From Octopus bimaculoides (lineage: Eukaryota), in contig NC_068983.1 in assembly GCF_001194135.2 (NCBI RefSeq), forward strand, positions 9,331,378-9,395,377: 64,000 nucleotides of DNA, written 5' to 3'. Every line of letters begins with the position of its first letter. The stretch's first letter is position 1. Below the pieces are notes generated by a model. The model did not search any database and was not told the DNA's origin. It saw nothing but the letters and a program-made list of their open reading frames with translations. Shown piece after piece: positions 27,216 to 40,984 of this stretch. Position numbers and translations under genes: made by a program.

Positions 27216-27929
27216 TAACTTCGTCGGGCAGGACGATGTGGTTTGTTGCCCTACCAACCGTAATTGAACATAAAGAGTTAAACTTTTTTTTTTAAATATG
27301 AAAAATATCGATTCTTTATTGCCTACTCGAGGCTAGCACAGAGGGGACAGTACAAAACATGTGGGGACATAAAAACGAGAGACAAAAACGAAAAATGATA
27401 AACGAATGACAGAAAGATGAGATGTAAATGAAAACTAAAAAATGAAATGAAGCTTTTCGGCCCCACCTCCGAGCGACTTCATTGATACCTTAATTCGATC
27501 CCGTAGTATCCTTCTGTAAACTGTCAATATTGTAAACATTTCGGAGTGTAAGACAGGCTATGTGCTTTGGTATGTCACTTGTGTCCATTTTTTTCACCCA
27601 GTAGTGAATGCCTTCCTTGTATATAATCATTTTTGATAATTGCTCCTGGGATATCAGCACGCAATTATACCGTCATGGTATCCCAGTAGAAGTTGTCGTG
27701 TTCACTGTAATTACGTCTTCCCAACTGTTTAATTCGTCGTAGAGTTCTATATTTATATCGTCGTATATTACAACGAATTTAATTTTTTCGCAGGCCGTGG
27801 GAGGGAATGTTTGGGGGTTCTTGTGTGTGTGTGTGTGTGTGTTTTTCTTTTTTGTCGGAGGGAAGTGGAAAGGTTTGGCGTCTGTAAGTAGAGGATGGGG
27901 AAAAGAAGGTGTGGGTGTGAGTTCAAAAT

Positions 27930-28550
27930 ATTCAGAGCATTTTGTCTATCTTTACGTTCTGAGTTCAAATTCTGCCACCGTCGACGTCGCCTTTCATCCC
28001 TTTCGGAGTCAATAAAATAAATCCTAGTTAAGCACTGGGCTCAATGTAATTGACTTACCCTTCCCCCGAACATGCTGGAGCCAAAATTTGAGAGAACTAT
28101 ATGTGGCATCTAAGGCGACGAGCTATCAGAATGGTTACTTCGCAGAAAAAAATGCTTAGCGACATTTTTTCCAACTTAATGTTCTCAGTTCAATGACCAC
28201 CGGTGTCGGCTTTGTCTTGCATTATTTCGGGGCCGATAGCATAAGTACCAGTTGTGTACTTGGGTAAATGTAACCAGATTACCCCACTCGTGAAATTACT
28301 GGATTTGCACTAAAACTTGAAAATAATACACGTATCATCTGATGGCGAGCTCGGAGAATGGAAAGCAAGCCCGAGCAAAGTGTTTGGCAGCGTTTTGTCA
28401 CTTCTAAGTTCAAATTCCGAAGATATCAACTTTGCCTTTCACCTTTACGTGTCGATAAAATAATCACCTGCTGAGCACTGGGCTTCATGCGATCAACCTA
28501 TCCCCTCCCCTGAAATTGCTGGTCATTTTCCAAAATCTGAAACTAATATA
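27930..28550 (+). mobile_element. Cluster of three diverged family A SINEs, same orientation
   Basis: Family A body repeated at about 27930, 28110 and 28340. Confidence 0.75.
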
Positions 28551-28769
28551 CGTAGCATCTGCACGTCGTTGTCATATTGCTCAGGGATATGTGATAGGCA
28601 ATCGATGTCAATGAATAATAATCATACCTCGATTAAGTACTAGATATGAACACATTGCTACCGAGCGAGTAAAGAAAGAATGGCCTCTAAATGGCGGTCC
28701 GATCTGCTAAAACTATGTCAAATCATCAAATCAACCCTAACCACCTTACAGTAGAAACGACATATTCTC

Positions 28770-28992
28770 TTCTACTCTAGGCACAAGGCCCAGAATTTTT
28801 TTTGGGGGGGGGAGGATCCAGTCGATTAGATCGACGCAGTATGCAACTGGTACTTTATTTATCGACCCCGAAAGGATTAAAGGCAAAGTCGACCTCGGCG
28901 GAATTTTTAACTCAGAACTTAGTACCGCTCAGCATTTCGCCCGGCGTGCTAACGATTCTTATTTCTTTATTGCCCACAGGGGGCTAAACATA
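28770..28992 (-). mobile_element. 5'-truncated family A dimer
   Basis: Only ~35 bp of tail B (28957-28992) joined at the recurrent junction to an internally deleted tail-A monomer. Confidence 0.8.
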
Positions 28993-29674
28993 TTTGATAA
29001 TGAAATCCAAGATACATACACATGCAAAAATTAAAACTAAATGGTGGCGGTTGCATCATTTTCAATCATAAATTTACTGTATCAAGACTCGAGTACAATA
29101 AGACATAATAAACTATCCGTCTGGCGAGAATGCTGCAGATAGCTATATTCTTTCTTGGTGCAATACACATTCACCAAAATACAGCTATTTGCCAAACAAG
29201 ACTTGTGTAGTGCATTGAGTCAAATAACTTCAGCTGATCTAGAAATATTAGATTTTTCACTACATGATTGACAAGTTATTCCGTACTGGAAAACGATATA
29301 TTAGAACGGAGAAGTTGTCAACTTAGCATGATATTGTTAATAACTTGAAAAGCTATATAACTGACTATTAAAGTCCATTCAAATGCTATTAATTCACACA
29401 TTTCTTTAAACACATTTTAATTAGTGTTTCCATAGCACCGCTCAAAAGTAATTCTAATATAAGTTAAATATCTTTACAGTCAAACCATACATTTCCTACT
29501 TTTAATTGCTAAAGCTTCACTATTTTAAGACGTCACTTTTTTTATTTTAGTAAGAAGTTGTTTTCTACAATTGTAGAATCCATCTTTGTTTTTTCTTAAG
29601 CTTGCTTTCCATTGCTTTTTTTTTGTTTTTCAGATGTTCTAGAGAAACACATCTAATGAACCTCTAAACACTGA

Positions 29675-30020
29675 AATCTTGTGGGGAGGGATCAGTCGAT
29701 TAGATCAACCTCGGTACGCAGCTGGTACTCAATTTATCGACCCCGAAAAGGATGAAATGCAAAGTCGACCACGGCGGAATTTGAACTCAGAACGTAAAGA
29801 CAGGCGAAATACCGCTCAGCATTTCGCCCGGTGTGCTAACGTTTCATATTTCTTTATTGCCCACAAGGGGCTAAACATAGAGAGGACAAACAAGGACAGA
29901 CAAATGGATTAAGTCGATTACATCGACACCAGTGCATAACTGGTACTTAATTTATCGATCCCGAAAGGATCAAAGGCAAAGTCGACCTCGGTGGAATTTG
30001 AACTCAGAACTCGCCGCCTT
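29675..30020 (-). mobile_element. Family A dimer with deletion in the left monomer
   Basis: Junction ...gggcaataaagaaatatg|aaacgttagcac. Confidence 0.85.
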
Positions 30021-30289
30021 ACAGTATGGCATATTGATTCTCTGTGATATTTTCCTTTATTTTATCTGCGTGTAGTATTGAGGCAGTGAAGAATCTCGGT
30101 CATGGACTCTAATTTCTTTGCAATAGATTGTTCCAAGCCTCCAAATACTTTATACTGTTCCTGAAGTAGCACGTAACCCTCGGATTTCTTCCAGAGCAAT
30201 GTTCCCTTAAACCTTTAGCTGTGAGTGTAGGCCAAACTTTTTATGTTGAGCATTTTTCTTCTTGTGGTAAAGGTGCCTACTGAAAGTAG

Positions 30290-30720
30290 GTGCACGCATG
30301 ATTATGTGGTTAAGAAGGTAGCGTTGCAACCAAGTGACATCGAGTTCGGTCCCTTTGCATAGCAACTTGAGCAATTGCCTTCTATAGCGCTGTGGAGCGG
30401 GGTGATCAATGCCTTGCGAATGAATATGGTAGACTGAAACTGTGTAAAAGCCCATCAAGCAGTTATAAATATGTGGTTGTCTGTGTTGTCTATCTTCATG
30501 AGAGTATTTGCTCCTCACCACCACTACCATCATTTGACAACGGTTGTTGGTTTGTCTACGCCCCCCTTAATTCAGTGGTTCAGTAAAAGAGACCGTTAGA
30601 ATAATTTTTATACTATAAAACACCTTAGTATCGAAGACGATTCGCTGGCCTGTATCCTTCAAAGCGGTATCACAGCATGGGCCCAGCTCAAAGAGTGAAG
30701 CAAGTAAAAGATTAATTAAC
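30290..30720 (+). mobile_element. Old, diverged SINE family C copy
   Basis: Recognisable blocks cttgagcaattgccttctatag, tttgacaacggttgttgg and gcaagtaaaagatt. Confidence 0.6.
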
Positions 30721-31894
30721 TTACTACTGCATTACTTTATATCTGCCTTACGTGTTCGCATTAATTAAATATGCTCACATTCATTTGATTTAAGTGCTAA
30801 GTGTAAAACAGGTGTACTTACACACTTATATGAGAGACTGACCAAATGATTTATCATCATTAAAATATTCCAGTCACTATTAAAATTTTCGAAATTATAT
30901 CATAAGGTTGTAGAAGATGCTGCAATTTAGGAATTTATTATTCACTTTGTCGTTTCTGATTCTTTCAATATGTCCGAGGTTTTGCTGTACTCTGTCGTTG
31001 CTATTTGAGAAAAGGGTATTCAATTAGAGTGTCTCCTTATCACATCTCTTCATCTCAGTTGCTTCTTTGTTCTCGAGCAGCTACTTTCAAAACTATTGGA
31101 GTAATTTGATCGCTCACTGATAACATCGATTTTGTAGGATTTCTACCGACAGTTACTCTAATCAATCTTTCCTCAAGTGGCATGCTACTCCATAACAGAA
31201 AGTTCTACTGCAATCTCACTAATTTGTGTACGTGTGTATGTGTACATGTGCGTTTCGGTTTGGTCTTCACTCATTTCTGTTGGGTTCTGGGTGGAAAACT
31301 TCGTGCACGTGTAACGGTGAAAATTTCTATAATAATGCCTCTTTGTTTATTCACAATTCATGAGCAACATGTATTGATCTTTCTCGCATGGTCTGAGCAA
31401 GTGAGTGAAGCTGTCTTACGTGTTTATATTTGTTTAATGCTTGCCTGAAGCACTTTGCCGTCTAAGCTATAGAAGATCGACGTTTTACTTCGATGTAAGG
31501 AAACAGTTGTTGGTATATTTCTCTTCTTCTATGGATTTTTGTGTTAATATGATTAAACTTGTCACAAGCCTAACTAATGACACAAGTAAATAAAATAAAA
31601 TTGTCAATACATATTATTAGAGGAACAAAGAATTGTTATCAAGGAACAAAAATAGATTCCAATATTGATAATGTCTGAACAAACTGGTGCTGTAACAAAT
31701 ACTTGTTCGTTTTTTGTAGTTTGGTTTCCTCTTCAGAAATGTCTGAAAATACTCAATTATGTCAGTAGGGCATTTTTGCCTTTCCGATGTCGTAGACACT
31801 CGTTGTCTTCCACGGCGCCATCAAAGTGCGCCTTAGTCAATTCTGAGAGAAAAGAATTAAATATTAATTGACCCTTGCAATTCATCATCATCGC

Positions 31895-32155
31895 CATCAT
31901 CAACATCATACCTTGGGCATCATTGCGACGAGTCCTAGGATTCATAGCACCTGTTACCCATTTTCTATTGCGTGTAACTGACGAAGACCACAACGCTCGC
32001 CCCAACCGGGACGCCATTAAGTTGCAGGGTTACTCATCTACAGGTGAGTGAACTGGAGCAACGTGAAAAGAAATATTTTGCTCAAGATTCACGGTTCGGG
32101 AATCGAAACCGCGATGCTGCGATCGCGAATTCGACACCATAACTGCTAGGTCATT
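31895..32155 (-). mobile_element. CORE-type SINE (family D), tail type 2
   Basis: CORE-like cttgagcaaaatattcttttcacgttgctccagttcactca on the minus strand with a distinct tail ending in (GAT)n. Confidence 0.65.
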
Positions 32156-33660
32156 GATTAGTTCTTTAGTCGCCAGCACCTGTAGATATAAGAGGTGAAG
32201 CTGATTTATGTATGATAGGATTTGAAATCAGTGCGCAGATATCTAGAACAAACACCACAAGACATTATAAGCGATGTTAAGCGATTGTATTGGCGTGTTT
32301 ATAGCCAATAGAGGTCTAATACTTTTCTACCAGAGAGAGTGGTGAGCCGATGAAATTGTTAATCCTCCGAAGAAAGTGTTCGTATTATTCCTTCTGCCTT
32401 CACTTCTGAGTTAAAATTCCGCGACATCAACTTCGAGTTTCATTTTTATCAAGGTCGAGAACAATCAGTAGCAGTTGACCAGTTGGGGTCGATATAATCG
32501 TCAAGACCCCCTCCCTAATAAATTTCAGGCCTCCTACCTATAGTAAAGAGAAATGTTTGTAAAAGATAATCTCCAAACCCTAAGTAAATTTACGAACGAT
32601 TGGTGTTAAGAACTGACGGCACAAAAATTTGAAGTTGTATTTCTCATGTTGGATGAAATTTGTGTTTTTATGGATCATTATAGTCATGTTGTGCAAATAT
32701 TGATCACTCGAAATAGCTACAAATATAAATATTACCAAAATTATTCATTTTAAGTAAAATAAAGTATGAAAACATATTTCAGTGATAAAAAAAATACATA
32801 TTTCTACAAGAAAAATTCCATTTCTTTGTTTACAAAAATGTCTCTATATACTCGCGAAAAAAATAAACTATAAATCAATGTTAAACTCGTTTTATAAAAC
32901 AATATTTATTGTATAGCTCTAAGCTGGGTAGTCGATTGGCAGCGTGGTAACAGCGTTGTATAAGATACCTTACGCTGTTGGTTTCTGTTTTCTATGCTAT
33001 GAGCCTAAATTTCGCTGGGGTTAAATCTACTTTCTTGATCGATAAATAAAATAACCTTCATCGTGTAAGGGTCATTGAACGCAAAGTTGTCTGACAAGAC
33101 ATCTTCGTTTATTCGTGTCTACGGGGCACCCAAAACAATTAGTGAATGCGTAGTACTGACAGGTCATCTACGTGTGTTCAAGAGCACATAAGGCAATTAG
33201 ATATCATTTTCGGCTGCAAATAATGACGGGTTCAGATTTGGATGGTATAAGAACATAATCTATTAACATCTCATGCCGCGAATATGTAGATATGTTAATT
33301 TGCAGCATAGAAAGCCTTGATGTGTTTGTTCTAGCCTATCTCTCTATCACTCACTCTCTCTGTAAAGAGAAGCTTAACTTTAAAATCACAAAAAATAATG
33401 ATTTCTAATGGGGCCTTAACTGTGTGAACTGTTTACAACCGGTGTAAATAGAGTTCATTCCGTGTCTTTCTGAAATGTGTAACAGCTGCATAATATAACC
33501 TATCCCAATAAATATCAAATGACATCGAGCCTATTTATTAATTAGATGAGTCACCGCTTCGAAAATTTAGCAATTTAGACGTTGTGAAAACAGAAATCGT
33601 AAGCGGACTCCAGAATGGCGGTGTCGCTCGAAATAGAACGATTAAAGGAATAGTTATATA

Positions 33661-34925
33661 CAGGGGTTAGACAATATAATGGAAACACCTAGCATCATAG
33701 CATCATTATTTTGAAATATCTATAAAACCGTCAAAATTTGTTTCTCTTTGTTTTTTTTTTAATTCATTATTGGTGCTGCTTAATATGTTTTGCTCAAATT
33801 GCGGTTTGTTTCTTTTCAGATATTATCAGAAGGCAATTGAAATTCCCTAAAATTGCAGATCTGTCGGACTTTCAAAGAGGTCAAATTGTTGGTGCTCGTA
33901 TGGCAGGCGCTAGCGTAACAAAAACAGCCGAAATGTTTGGAGTATCAAGAAGTAATGTCTCAAGAGTAATGAGAGGATTTGAGAAATAGGGGAAAGCGTC
34001 GTGGAAACAAAACTCCGGAATAAAACCAAAACTTTCAGAAGGAGACCGTCGGACTCACACGCGAATTGTTAGAAAGGATCACAAAAGTACAGCTCCCAAA
34101 ATTATTGCTGAGCTTAATGATCACCTGAGAATCTAGTTTCCATAAAACCTGTTCGCCGGGAGCTCCACAAAGCCAGATTTCACAGGAGGGCTGTAATCAG
34201 AAAACTACTACTTTCAAAACAAACGTTGCAAAGCGTTTAGAGTTGAGTAAAAACCTACAGAATTGGTCCCTAGAGCAGAGGAAGAATGTTAGTTTCTCGG
34301 ATGAGTCATCTTTTACCTTATTTTCGACTCTCGGCCGAGTATACGTGTGGAGACAGCCAGAAGAAGCATGTGGCCCAGACTGCCTTCTTCCAACTGCTAA
34401 ACATAGAGGAGGACTGCAATGATCTGGTGGGGGGGGGATATATCTTGGAAATCCGCCGGCCCAATGGTTTCGCTTCATGGTAAAATTAATAGCTAAGACT
34501 ATTTAAGCATTTTATCTGATCAAATTCATCCTATAGTTGCGAAACTATCTCCGGAGGGAAACGTAATATTTCAGGATGATAATGCAGTAATTCACACAGC
34601 TAAAGTAGTTACTGAATGGCATGAGGGAAGTTGAATATCTTATCTGGCCACGACAGTCCCCAGGTCTCAATATTATTGAACATTTATGGTGCATTTTAGA
34701 AAAAAAATGTAATGAGTCGATATCCTCCACCATCAACACTACAAGAACTGGAGATTGTTTTAGCTGAGGAATGGGCGAAAAATCCTTTGGAAACAATTCA
34801 AACTTTGTACGAGTCCATACCTCGTAGAATTCAAGCTGTAATTCCTGCCAAGGGCGGTCCTACTCCAAGTTAAAATAAATTTGTTTGAAATTCTAAGCTG
34901 TTTCCATTATTTTGTCCAACCCCTG
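33661..34925 (+). mobile_element. Near full-length decayed Tc1-like DNA transposon (1265 bp)
   Basis: 30-bp TIRs caggggtt(a/g)gacaa(t/a)ataatggaaaca(c/g)ct, TA on the left; transposase remnants DLSDFQRGQIVGAR, FSDESSF, FQDDNA, SPGLNIIEHLW, KGGPT with stops and frameshifts. Confidence 0.95.
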
Positions 34926-35249
34926 TGTATAAACTTCAGTTACCATCATCTGAAAATGAAAACAATGCTAAAGCTGACATCGGCGAAATTTGAACCCAAA
35001 TCGTATCTTTCATCATTCAGTGGTTGACAACTGGCATTGGACTACGGCCATGCTAGGGCACCACTTTGAAGGGTTAAGTCGAACACATCGACCCGATTAC
35101 ATGTATTACTTTTAGGTCTGGCACTTATTTTGTTACATACTTTCCCGGAAACGTTAAGCGTAGAAAAAACCCTACGTAGACTCTCAGCTGAGTTGAGAGA
35201 CAAGAACCACAAAGACAGATACACACAAATCTATTCACGCACACGCGTG

Positions 35250-35300
<51 letters not shown>

Positions 35301-35484
35301 TGGGCTTCCACATAATTTCCGTTTATCAAGTACTCCCAAGACGGAAGTCGATTCATAGCTACATTAGATCATATTTCCTCCAGGTGCCACTCAGAAAACA
35401 GATGGTTGCAAAGCAAGCGTCTTAAGCCCACAAATTGCTGTTCTTTTATGCATTTTCTTGAAGGTATGATAAAAAATATTACTT

Positions 35485-36400
35485 TGAATTATAGGTACAA
35501 CGCCTGCAATTTGTGGGGAGAGGCATAGTCGATTACATCGATCCCAGTACTTGATTTATAGACCCCGAAAGGATGGAAGACAAAATCGACCTCGGTGGAA
35601 TTTGAACTTACAACGTAATGGCCGCCGAAATACCGCTAAACATTTCGCCCGACATGTTAACATTTCTGCCAGCTCACCGCCTTAAAATATTTATTTCTTT
35701 ATTGCCCACAGTGACTAAACATAGAGGGGGCAAACAATGACACACAACGGGTTTAAGTCGATTACATCGAACCCAGTGCGTGACTGGTACTTATGTAATC
35801 CAACCCGAAAGGACGAGAGGTAAAGTCGACCTCGGCGGAATTTGAACTCAGAACGTAAAGACAGACGAAATACCGCTAAACATTTCGCCCGGCGTGCTAA
35901 CGTTTCTGCCAGCTCACCGCTTTTTTGACCAAATAAATATTGTTTTCTACTCTAGGCACAATGCCCGAAATTTTTGCGGAGGAGGCCAGTCGATTACATC
36001 GACCCCAGTACGCAACTGGTACTTAATTTATCGGCACCGAAAAGATGAAAGGCAAAGTCGACTTCGGCGAAATTTCAACTCAAAACGTAAAGACAGGCGA
36101 AATACCGCTAAGCATTTTGCCCGGCGTGTTAACGTTTCTGCCAGCTCACCGCCTTGACCAAAAAAAAATATTTATTTCATTACTGCCCATAGGGGGTTAC
36201 ACACAGAGGGGACAAACAAGGACAGGCAAAGGGATTAAGTCGATTACATCGGCCCAAGTGCGTAACTGGTACTTATTTAATCGACCCCGAAAAAAATGAA
36301 TGGCTAGGTCGACCTCGACGGAATTTGAATTCAGAACGTAACGGCAAACGAAATAACACTGAGAATTTTGACCGGCGTGCTAACGTTTCTGCCAGCTCGT
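35485..36400 (-). mobile_element. Stack of four full family A SINEs, alternating tail A/B/A/B
   Basis: Copies at about 35485-35683, 35691-35922, 35940-36155 and 36170-36400, separated by short related AT-rich spacers. Confidence 0.9.
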
Positions 36401-36499
36401 TGCATTTGTGCAAAAGAATATTGACATCGTACTTGCTGCGATGATGAGAATAATATTCGTGATGCGTTATAATTATTACTATTTTTCCTAAACTAAATC

Positions 36500-36910
36500 G
36501 ATGAGCTGACAGAATCGTAAACACGCTGGAATAAATACCGAACAGAATTCCGTCCATCTTTACGTTCTAAGTTCAAATTCTGCCCATCTTTACATTCTAA
36601 GTTCAAATTCCGCCGAGGTCAGCTATGCCTTTCGTCCTCTCTTAGGATCGAGAAAATAAGTGTAAGTCGAGCACTGGGGTTGATATATAGTCGACTGTAC
36701 CTCTTCCCGCAAATTCCAGGCCCTATACCTATAGTAGAAATGATTTTTTCTCCCTAAACCAAGGTGGTTATCTTGCAAACTCATTAGCACGCCGATCAAA
36801 ATGCTTGCCGGCATCTTACCCACCAAGTACTGGGGTCAATCTAAACAACTCTCACCTCCACTCAAAACATTAGTTTCCTTGGTTTCCTTGTGCCACACTT
36901 TGAAACCATT
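36500..36910 (+). mobile_element. Two family A SINEs; the first has an internal 30-bp tandem duplication
   Basis: ccatctttac(g/a)ttctaagttcaaattc(t/c)gc repeated; the second copy is internally deleted. Confidence 0.75.
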
Positions 36911-39900
36911 ATTTCTTGCTACTATTTAAATACGCACTGCATTAAATATGTAGGCAGAAACCTAACTGGTTTTTCGGGGTACTGATATCCCGAAATCATT
37001 AATGATCTAATGAATTCTGTATTTTTACGTTAATTAGTAAACACAGTCGTGTATATTTATTTAAAATTACTTTCATTACTCTTAAGGCAAATACGATAAA
37101 CTCTCTATTGTCGTAATGCGGCCCAAATACTGTATATAAATATTGGCGGGGGAGGTTCTCTTCCCCCACCCCCTACGCACACACACTCAAACACACATTC
37201 TTACAAAAGCACATATGACTAACTGCACTTTCTACGACGAAATATTCAAAATGTGATATTGCTTTAAATTCAATTTATATATGGTTTCAATATATATATA
37301 TTTACTCTTTCTCTCTTCATTTTGTTACTTTCTTTCCTCACTTTCCATGACATTGTAATATTTTGTGTTTATACACTTCTCGTAATTTCTAAAATTCTTC
37401 TTTCTGTTCGGGGTTATGTTTTTCCATTCATCCGCAGAAACATTATTCCTGTTGACAAATTAAATTACATGGAAAAATACTCGGCGTTTTCACTCTTTTT
37501 ATTAAACATTTTTTTCTTTTCTGATTTCCTTTATATTCTTCTTATTCTCATCAGCATCATGAGAAACAGGCATTGACATAATATGAGGCCATCTCTTAGA
37601 AAAATGCCATGCTGGTGCGATGTGTCAACGACATGGTAACAGAAATCCCCTTCGTCGAGAATTTACAGAGAAATGGTTTCCTAACAAATGGGTCCTCGAA
37701 ATGAAATTAATGTTGTGTCATTATGAAAATATCGATCAGAGATAATGGTGTAAACCTCGAGAATGTTCAATTTAATTTAATTTGGTAAAATAGAAGAAGA
37801 AAAGCATGTTAAATTTTGTCTTCTCTAAGAGATGCTAAAACATTACCTTCAACTCTTGTTCCCGTTATTTTTTTCTATCTTTACTTCTTAAACAGAATAT
37901 GGTTCATTATCTTCTTCATTTTTTTTTTAGGTCGGATACATGCAGCTATCGGAAAAAAAAAGATATTTGCTTCTTTCAAAGTGTCAGGATTAAAATATGT
38001 ATTTTTAAAAATGAGTGTTTAAAGGTGGGAGGGTTACCATTTATTTTAAACACCCACTATCATTCCAGTCAATAAAACAGCTAAAAATATTTTCATAGCT
38101 AAACATATTTTTCTGTATTTGTCAGTTTTGTTTTATTACAATTTTTTAAACCCATTCAACATTTTGAGATAACAAAAAAGAAAAACTAGTCATTGAATGA
38201 ACGAAGCAACCTCTCGGTGGTCGCTTCACCTGCTAGCAAAAGTAGTTAAAGTATTCCTCAAATTGTATCCAAATGTCTTGGAAAGACAGGAAGAGGACCT
38301 CGAATAACCGCAGATATCCTTCGTGGCTCTCTTCATAAACACACGATATGAGAAGCACAGGATGACGATGACCGAAAGGTTATCATTAGCCTGTTTAACC
38401 AACAAGTTAGACATCAAGACAATGAACGCTTTACCACCTCATTTTTCGTTTCGATAGGAACAACAGAGAAAGCTGGCGTTGCTGTCTTTGAAAAGATTGG
38501 ATACTGTCGTCCGGAAAAAAAAACCTGAGCATGATGCGATTGCAGTTATTTCGATCAGAAGGCTGCAAGATCAGAGTCTGCCTGGAAATAAAGCACAAAA
38601 AAATCATTTTTATTTACATAATATTCCTACAGGGATTATTGAAGCCTTTTATGTTTTAATTGCTAAACACATGCATACACAGTCATCTGAGATTAAACAT
38701 ATATGCATATTGCAGTACACCCCCGCCAACTATTCCAACATTATTTCAGCTTCATATATATATATTTTAGTCAGAAGGGAAAATGGTGTACACGATTCCC
38801 TACAAAGCTTACGAAACAGATATGAAGAGGAAGAAAATATTCTCATACAGGAAATCTGGCATAAATGCTCATTAGGATACGTTCACCGTCAACAATTCAC
38901 TGCTTTTTTTTTTTTATGGAGTGGGGTCCAATAAAATCATTTTAAACTATTAATGGTGAGATACTATGGATATATATTCTCGTTAAAATTTCCCCACGGT
39001 GAACTTTCTTCAAGGTGAATTGATGGCGATGAACTCATCGGTAATTGTGATATTCACTGACTTGTTCTTGCGGCGGCTTTCACTCGAGGTCGATTAAGCT
39101 GCCTCCAACAGTGTTCGGGTTTCAGTGGGAATACAATTTCACATGTGGGCCCCGGTCACAGGCATAAACGCTTTGGGATAGTGCTATCCGTAGCAGCTCA
39201 TCTTGCCGTTGATTATCAACAGTCGTAGAGGATTTGTTGATCAAGTTACTGCCGACTGCATTTGAAGCGAGATCTAGGGACATGGTTTAACAAACGTTAA
39301 TGGGCTCCTCACTCTCAGATGTCTTCCAGCACGCCGGAATTTCTGAAAGCCCGTGCAATTGTTACATAGTCGTTGAACCTACACTAGGTTCATCTATCTT
39401 TTTAATAGGTCTTGTTTTTAGTCCGCCTGTGTATATAGAAACTCTCCTCACCAGGAAAGCCAAGTGGGGTGTTCCGGTTCAGTCGCAGACGACGACCAGA
39501 CCATGCAGCCGGTTGTACTGTTATGAAAGACATTGTTCACGATTTGAGTTTTGCAAAGACATTATTGATAATTTTTCGATTTATATTTTTTGCTAATCAG
39601 AGGTAATGATCATATTCGTTCAAAGAGATGGCATGCACGATGAGTGCATAGTTGGTTGGTTGGTTGGTTGGTTGGTTGGTCGTTCGGTCGGATGGATAGA
39701 TGGATGGATGGATGGGTATATGTATGATCTTTCATCCAGGTTTATTTAAATTCCTTTTACCCGGAATTCAAGCCAGTTATTTAGTTTTGACATAGGTTCT
39801 ATGTTTGAATGAAAACGCTTCTAAAGATTCATGAATGTATGCATGCGAGTTGATGTGTTACCTCTACGTGGAATTGATATATTTGTATATAAGTGAGTGT

Positions 39901-40004
39901 TTATGGTCACTTTTGAATGCACAAATATGCTTTTCACAGAGAGAAAGAGAGGTATACCTCTAGTGCGTAGAACTACCTGTCTATTTAACCCCCCTCTCTC
40001 TCTG

Positions 40005-40066
<62 letters not shown>

Positions 40067-40324
40067 TGTGTGTGTGTGAATGTGTGTGAATGCGTGTGTA
40101 CGTTTATGGTTATGTGTGGCTATGTCTTTGTGTGTAGGTATATGTGTGTATCAGTGCGAGTATGTATGCTTATAAATATACGTATATATATATATAAATA
40201 ATAAATGCTTCACCTCTGAGCTCATTTTCAATAATTCACGTTTTCTAGGTAAAATTTATTTTGAACACTGTTTCAATCTAGTGCCACCTTACCAGTAAAG
40301 GTGAACCAGCTAGTGATGTTACAT

Positions 40325-40490
40325 GGCCTCCCTTAATTGAGTCTGCATCACTTTCAGAAATATCTAATGCTACAGATAAACTACGAATATATAAATCATG
40401 TGAGCCTGACGAGTTTCCTCTGGAACTACTTCAAGCAACTGACTCGGAATTCTAATTGATTGACTCCTAGGAAAGGAAGGAATATATCTC
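40325..40490 (+). mobile_element. Degraded RTE-clade LINE ORF fragment (start of RT region)
   Basis: PPLIESASLSEISNATDKLRIYKSCEPDEFPLELLQA resembles PPTxEEIxxAIxxLKxxKAPGPDxIPxELLK. Confidence 0.6.
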
Positions 40491-40757
40491 ACCTAATTCT
40501 TGGAGCAGGCTTTTCGTATGTCCATGCACATGAAATGTTTCTCTCACCTTGCATAAAAGCTACTGTCTTATTTCGTTAATAGAATTTTTCAGCAAATTGT
40601 GGAGTACGTTTTAAGTATATTTTAAAATGCTACGGTTTAAATACATTTTATATACTTTTTTTTTTACTTGGCAAGATTTTGTTTTTGTATTTTATTTTTG
40701 GCAAGATTCTTAATATGAACTCGTGTATTGAAATAAGTTTTGCTGTATTTAGAGAGT

Positions 40758-40984
40758 GTCATTGTGCACATGCAATAAGCACATGCACTGGTTAATTTTC
40801 ACTTCTTTATCGTTTGTTAATTGACAAGCAATCTAACGAACTAACTAATCGATTGATTGATTTATTGATTAACCGAGTAATAAAGCAAACAATCGATTAG
40901 TGGGATTGTTAATTGCTAACCAATTAACGAATAAAAATGAAGTGAAATATAACCTGTGTCTGTGTCTATAATTAGCATAATGAC
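40758..40984. repeat. ~230-bp imperfect palindrome (foldback/MITE-like)
   Basis: Symmetric blocks gtcattgtgc/gcataatgac, tttcacttc/gaagtgaaa, ttaattg/caattaa and ctaatcgattg/caatcgattag around ~40872. Confidence 0.8.

Noticed and set aside
27480-27780. Possible second R4-like endonuclease remnant on the minus strand
   Set aside because: Motif spacing is wrong (WD to RxD too short); too degraded to call.
35485-36400. CRISPR-like repeat-spacer appearance
   Set aside because: Units are ~200-230-bp SINEs in eukaryotic DNA; there are no short constant repeats with unique spacers and no cas genes.
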